From positions 4,590,001 through 4,654,000 of the forward strand of contig NC_087245.1 of assembly GCF_037042905.1 (NCBI RefSeq): a stretch of DNA of 64,000 nt, in the 5' to 3' direction. This DNA comes from Lytechinus pictus (lineage: Eukaryota). Made by a program: the position numbers and the translations under genes. This document shows, one piece after another, positions 62,077 through 64,000 of this stretch. Under the pieces are notes generated by a model that was given only the letters and a program-made list of their open reading frames with translations, was not told where the DNA came from and ran no database searches. Every line of letters begins with the position of its first letter. Position 1 is the stretch's first letter.

Positions 62077-63409
62077 CATCTACCCCACCTTTCAAGAAAC
62101 AGAAACAACAACATAAAAGAACAAAGAAGCAATAATTTGCTACCTTTATGCCGAATACAAGGGCATTTTTATCCTATGTAACTATAAATCTCTTTTTTTT
62201 TGGCGAGGGATGACAAACAATAGAGAAAAAAAAATCAGAGCTATAGATTAGAAGGTTCAAAGAACCAAATCTTCTATTCCCTGGCTACCAGAAGTCTGGT
62301 ATGCAGGTGTGCACGTCAACCACTCCTTCCATTACTGCTCAGTGGAGGTGACACAAGCAACCCCATCCATACTCTCACATTAATTTTTATTTTATGACTT
62401 GTAGTTTAACACCCAGTGTGGCATCGCAAGATAACGCTTGGTGCTAAATACTCAATTTGCCAATCGCTTTGTATGCATAGACCGGAAGCTTGTGAGATAA
62501 TAGTATTTACCAAAAGATAAAACCCACCTTGATGAAGGAAGATGGAAGCACAAAAACAGAAATAACCTCCGAAAGACCTCTGAAAGAAATCAGGAAACTT
62601 TGGGGAAGAGATTGCTCTCCAGCTATTTCCCATGTATTTTTTAATGAAAATAAATAAATGGAACTAAAAACTAAAATGATATGACAAATATTCATAAGTT
62701 GCAAATAGGTTAGAAAAGGTGCACAATATTCTTAATTGATTCCAATCAAACATTTGGCATTCATGTGTATAAATATAATCATATTTAAAGAAAAATTACC
62801 CCTTTTGAATTATGTCTTTTTCTTCCAATCTAAATGACATAATTTGAAGAAATTAAATCCACTAAAAATACCATTAAAATATGTGTATATTTATACTGTA
62901 ATTAAAATGATTTTCATTTAAATCGTTTAATGAGTACAGGGAAAATAACTTAAGAAATATGAATTTATGATGAACTAATGTGTAAATTTCCTCAAACATC
63001 TTAGCGTTTCATCTTAGCCTTTTTAATACCGGTATGTCATCTTCTCTTACGACAAACACCTTACATCTTGACCTATCAATCAAGATTTCTGGTCCTGATA
63101 AGACCAGGTCTAACAACAGAACCGGAAGGCGATGACAGAGATAAGTGTGCCGAGATCGTGTAGGTACTGGACCTCTCAATTGTTTACTGCGGAGGCGGAC
63201 AGTAAGGTGCAAGAGAGATGTTTACAATCGTTACTAACCAAACTTCCTTAAGTCAAATGAAAATAATACAAGTGTTTATTGATATCATAGGCACAAAAAT
63301 ATAGGCTTGACTTTAGTCAAGCATTCCACGCATACAGATAATGTACAGTAACCTTATTTATCAAATTATAATTGTTAAAAGTAAATAGTCAGTCGAAATA
63401 TCATTGTTT

Positions 63410-63657
63410 AATACTGTATGGTTCAGTCGAGTTGGTCCTTATGTCAAATCTGTAAAAAATGAAATATTGTACAATTCAAACAAGAAAAAACAAAATAGTG
63501 AGTGAGGGACATCATCGACTGTCTCATTTAAATGTCACTGAGTTGTGCATAGTTTTCTTTAACATGTCATGACTTTGTTATTATACATCCAATTTTGATG
63601 ATTTTTTTTCTAATTTATTCAATTGGAAAACATTTTTCTGGGGGGAATTTGACCTTT
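63410..63657. mobile_element. Degenerate right half of the Kolobok-like MITE family of 9971
   Basis: Matches 10285-10574 (AGTTGGTCC..TGTCAAATCTGTAAAAA, GGACATCATCGACT, TTGACCT). Confidence 0.7.
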
Positions 63658-64000
63658 CAGTAATATAGTTTATTCAAAAAAATGATAAGAAAATATTTTG
63701 AAAGAAAAGAAAAACCTTATTTTAAAGAGATATTCAAAGGAAAGGCTCAACAGCATGTTGAAAAGCAGAATAATTGTGATGTTTTAACTGCCTTTAAACA
63801 TTGTCTGCATTGATAGTACAAGAATGCTATATTACGTATATTACACTGTCTATACATTATTATTTGATTACTTGTTTGTGATTAAATGTTTACCAAAGGG
63901 AACTTAATTCATCTTCAATCATCATAAAACTATAAACTGAGCATATAAATTGGACATTTATGACATATGGGAATTTCACTACTGTTTTATTTCAACTTAT

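Noticed and set aside
61559..62135. Cluster of overlapping ORFs (also at 54634-55162)
   Set aside because: A by-product of GC-rich non-autonomous transposon sequence, with no protein motifs.

Overview
AT-rich, intron-containing animal genomic DNA. The repeat families resemble those of echinoderms (sea urchin); this is an inference. Left end, minus strand: a near-complete I/Nimb-type non-LTR retrotransposon (gag-like ORF1; APE endonuclease-RT-RNase H ORF2 broken by one frameshift), joined at its 5' end to a Penelope GIY-YIG/pseudo-LTR fragment. A decayed CR1-type LINE follows on the plus strand. The centre holds a complete plus-strand glutaminase gene: 14 coding exons at 12486-48824, about 591 aa, with a mitochondrial presequence, catalytic SxxK, C-terminal ankyrin repeats and one GC-AG intron. 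Its introns are packed with nested MITEs, SINEs, Helentron-associated elements and a minisatellite. The right end holds the last coding exon of a convergent odd-skipped-related (Osr) zinc-finger gene. The most interesting observations are: natural substitutions at the glutaminase allosteric/phosphate site that mimic known activating and inhibitor-resistance mutants; a possible ankyrin-less isoform made by intronic polyadenylation; the Penelope-promoter/LINE junction; and a hairpin-rich hAT-like cassette. No prokaryotic systems (CRISPR, operons) are present.
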